Origin: Octopus sinensis
Lineage: Eukaryota
Length of the DNA: 64,000 nucleotides
Reading direction: 5' to 3'
NCBI RefSeq assembly: GCF_006345805.1
Contig: NC_043000.1
Span: 23,126,001-23,190,000 of the forward strand
In this document: in pieces, positions 61,576-64,000 of the stretch
Position numbering within the stretch: the first letter of the stretch is position 1
Layout of the letters: each line of letters opens with the position of its first letter
Notes under the pieces: model-generated
Told to the model about the DNA's origin: nothing
Databases searched by the model: none
Seen by the model: only the letters and a program-made list of their open reading frames with translations
Made by a program: the position numbers and the translations under genes

Positions 61576-61993
61576 AAGGAGTTTTGCAGATTTTCCCCCA
61601 ACAAATATTTCATTCACAAGCTTTACAAACCAGAGGATAAACTAGAAGAAGACACATGCTCAAGAGGGTTGTACAATGAGATCAATCTCAGAGCAAAGTA
61701 AGCTTCCTACCCACACAACCTTTACATAACCTACATATAACCTATCCCATAGCATATTTACAATTTAAGGAAAATTTTTGACTATTATCAAAACAGGAGT
61801 GGTGAAAGTCAATACATTAAATGAAAACATCCAACAAAGGTTGCAAAATGCAGATAATTTGTGAAGAACTTAAAGAATTCTAGGAGTGTTCTGAGAAACT
61901 AGATTTTGACATTGTCTTTCAGTTTTACCTTTTCTTTCATCTTTTACTTGTTTCAGTCACTGAAGGGTTTTAGCTAAACAAATTGACCCCAGT

Positions 61994-62281
61994 TCTATAT
62001 TTAAGAGATGAGGAATTATGTACATTAGTTACATTTTTATGCCCACGGGCATATGGCGTAGTGGTTAAGAGTGCGGGCTACTAACCCCAAGATTCCGAGT
62101 TCAATTCCAAGCAGTGACCTAAACAATAACAACAACAACAATAATAACATCAAAAAATACCTTAGGAATGAGAACCCAGTTTCGAAATTTCCCCAAGACA
62201 CCTGATGAAGGCTGGAGAGTATATCAGCCGAAACATGTTAACAACAAACAAGATGAGGACAAATATCCGTCGAATGTAAAT
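61994..62281. mobile_element. Family C element with internal inversion
   Basis: 14-bp TSD AAATTGACCCCAGT (61980-61993 / 62282-62295). Inverted 3' tail at ~61990-62036; head begins at 62047. Confidence 0.8.
62198..62238 (+). ncRNA. Hammerhead-like motif, family C, 3' side damaged
   Basis: ACAC-CUGAUGA-A-GGCUG-GAGAGUAUAU-CAGCC-GAAAC, then a small deletion relative to the 3.2 kb copy. Confidence 0.5.
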
Positions 62282-62674
62282 AAATTGACCCCAGTACATA
62301 TTTTTTTTTCAAGTCTGGTATACATTATATCAATATCTTTTGCTGAACAGGGAAGTAAGCAAGCAAATACCTCTTGTCAAGTGGTGGGGAGACAGTCACA
62401 GACACAAAGGTGCACACACATACACACACACATACGAGGAGGTGGGGCTGGACAGTTGCTGGTTTTGGGCAAAAGAAAATACAAGAGGATCAGTTGATTA
62501 TAAATTTATTCAACATATTCCCCATCAGATCCACACACTTATTGTAGTGGTCCTTCAGTTCTTCTAAGGCCTGTAAAACCACTTGGAAGGTTGGTCCTCC
62601 AACTAGGCCTTTTGCAAGCCCCTTAAAGTCAGTATAAAGATATATATATATATACACACAAAGGAGATGAACGG

Positions 62675-63066
62675 CGCAGAAGTGACTCTGTGGTAAGTAG
62701 CTTACTTACCAACAACATGGTTCCGGGTTCAGTCCCACTGCTTGGCACCTTGGGCAAGTGTCTTCTACTATAGCCTCAGGCTGACCAAAGCCTTGTGAGT
62801 GGATCTGGTAGACGGAAACTGAAAGAAGCCTGTCGTATATATGTATATGTATATATATGTATGTGTGTGTGTGTGTGTTTGTCCCCATAACATCGCTTGA
62901 CAACCGATGGTGGTGTGTTTACATCCCCATAACTTAGCAGTTCAGCAAAAGAGACTGATAGAATAAGTACTAGGCTTCCAAAGAATAAATCCTGGGGTTG
63001 ATTTGCTTGACAAAAGGCAGTGCTCCAGCATGGCCACAGTCAAATGACTGAAACAAGTAAAAGAGA
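62675..63066 (+). mobile_element. SINE family A
   Basis: Full head, microsatellite core and 3' domain. Confidence 0.85.
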
Positions 63067-63340
63067 GAAAAGAGAGTATATACAAATATCTATCTATCTG
63101 TCTATCTTTGCTTTATTCTTTTATTCTTTTACTTGTGTCAGTCATTTGACTGTGGCCATGCTGGAGCACCACTTTAAAGGGTGTTAGTCAAAGAAATTAT
63201 TCTTTGTTAGGCTAATACTTATTCTATTGGTCTCTTTTGCTGAACCACTAAGTTATGGGGGACATAAACATACCAGCATCGTTTGTCAAGCAATGGTGGG
63301 GAGGGGGGACAAACACAGGCACACACACGCACACAAATAT

Positions 63341-63373
<33 letters not shown>

Positions 63374-63390
63374 CATAAATATATATATAC

Positions 63391-63462
<72 letters not shown>

Positions 63463-64000
63463 CATATATATATAGTGAGAATTTACAAAAAAACAAAAGA
63501 TGAAGACAGGTGTGTAAATAACAAACAGATGTATTAGTTTAATGCTCGGGAAGTGAGAAAGTCTTTTACATTTCTTTGACAGAAAGAAACACAGAAATAA
63601 ACAGGGAGAGAAAATAAAAAAGGTTTACATCTACCAAATCCACTCATAAGGCTTTGGTTAGCCTGAGGCTGTAGTAGAAAGCACTTGGTCAAGGTGCCAC
63701 GCAATGGGACTGAACCTGGAACCTCGTGGTTGGGAAGGAAGCTTCTTACCACACAGCCACACCTTATATTTTTTTTAAGTATGGTACTTGTTCTACTGGT
63801 CTCTTTCATTGAACTGCTAAGTTTCAAGAAAGTAAACAAACAAACACTGCTTGTCAATGTGGAGCTAGTAAATGAAGATATATTTCGTTGACTGTGTGAA
63901 TAATAACTGAAGCTCACTTGTAAACACTGAACTGAAATATTTATTGCTGGACATAAAGATATTAGGTGTTAGCTATTTACAATGAACAACATAAATGTTT

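Noticed and set aside
62047-62120. tRNA-like sequences here and at other SINE heads as real tRNA genes
   Set aside because: Acceptor and T stems do not close properly, and each continues into a repeat body.

Overview
AT-rich, microsatellite-dense eukaryotic DNA. The repeat families resemble those I recall from coleoid cephalopods (probably Octopus); this is an inference, not a database match. Genes: five small, phase-compatible + strand exons (1107-27138) form the 3' end of an unidentified coiled-coil-rich protein gene. There are two promoter-like, transposon-poor, CpG-retaining regions (~33-39 kb and ~48.2-49.2 kb). Most of the rest is mobile DNA: several tRNA-headed SINE families, RTE-type LINE fragments, a decayed piggyBac transposase, TTAA MITEs, a hAT MITE and a non-autonomous Helitron. 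Most ORFs in the supplied track are microsatellite or repeat artefacts. Best candidates for something new: (1) a short element that joins a tRNA-like Pol III head to a Penelope-type minimal hammerhead-ribozyme motif, found as two insertions, each internally inverted and flanked by a 12-14 bp TSD; (2) an 80-bp-arm CpG-rich inverted repeat at 48.9-49.2 kb whose mismatches are mostly same-base pairs and which encloses a Fox-like motif cluster; (3) local rearrangement signatures, namely a perfect 77-bp foldback and a MITE whose halves are in swapped order; (4) an in-frame splice acceptor that could fuse the host gene to the piggyBac ORF. All alignments and counts were done by eye and need computational confirmation.
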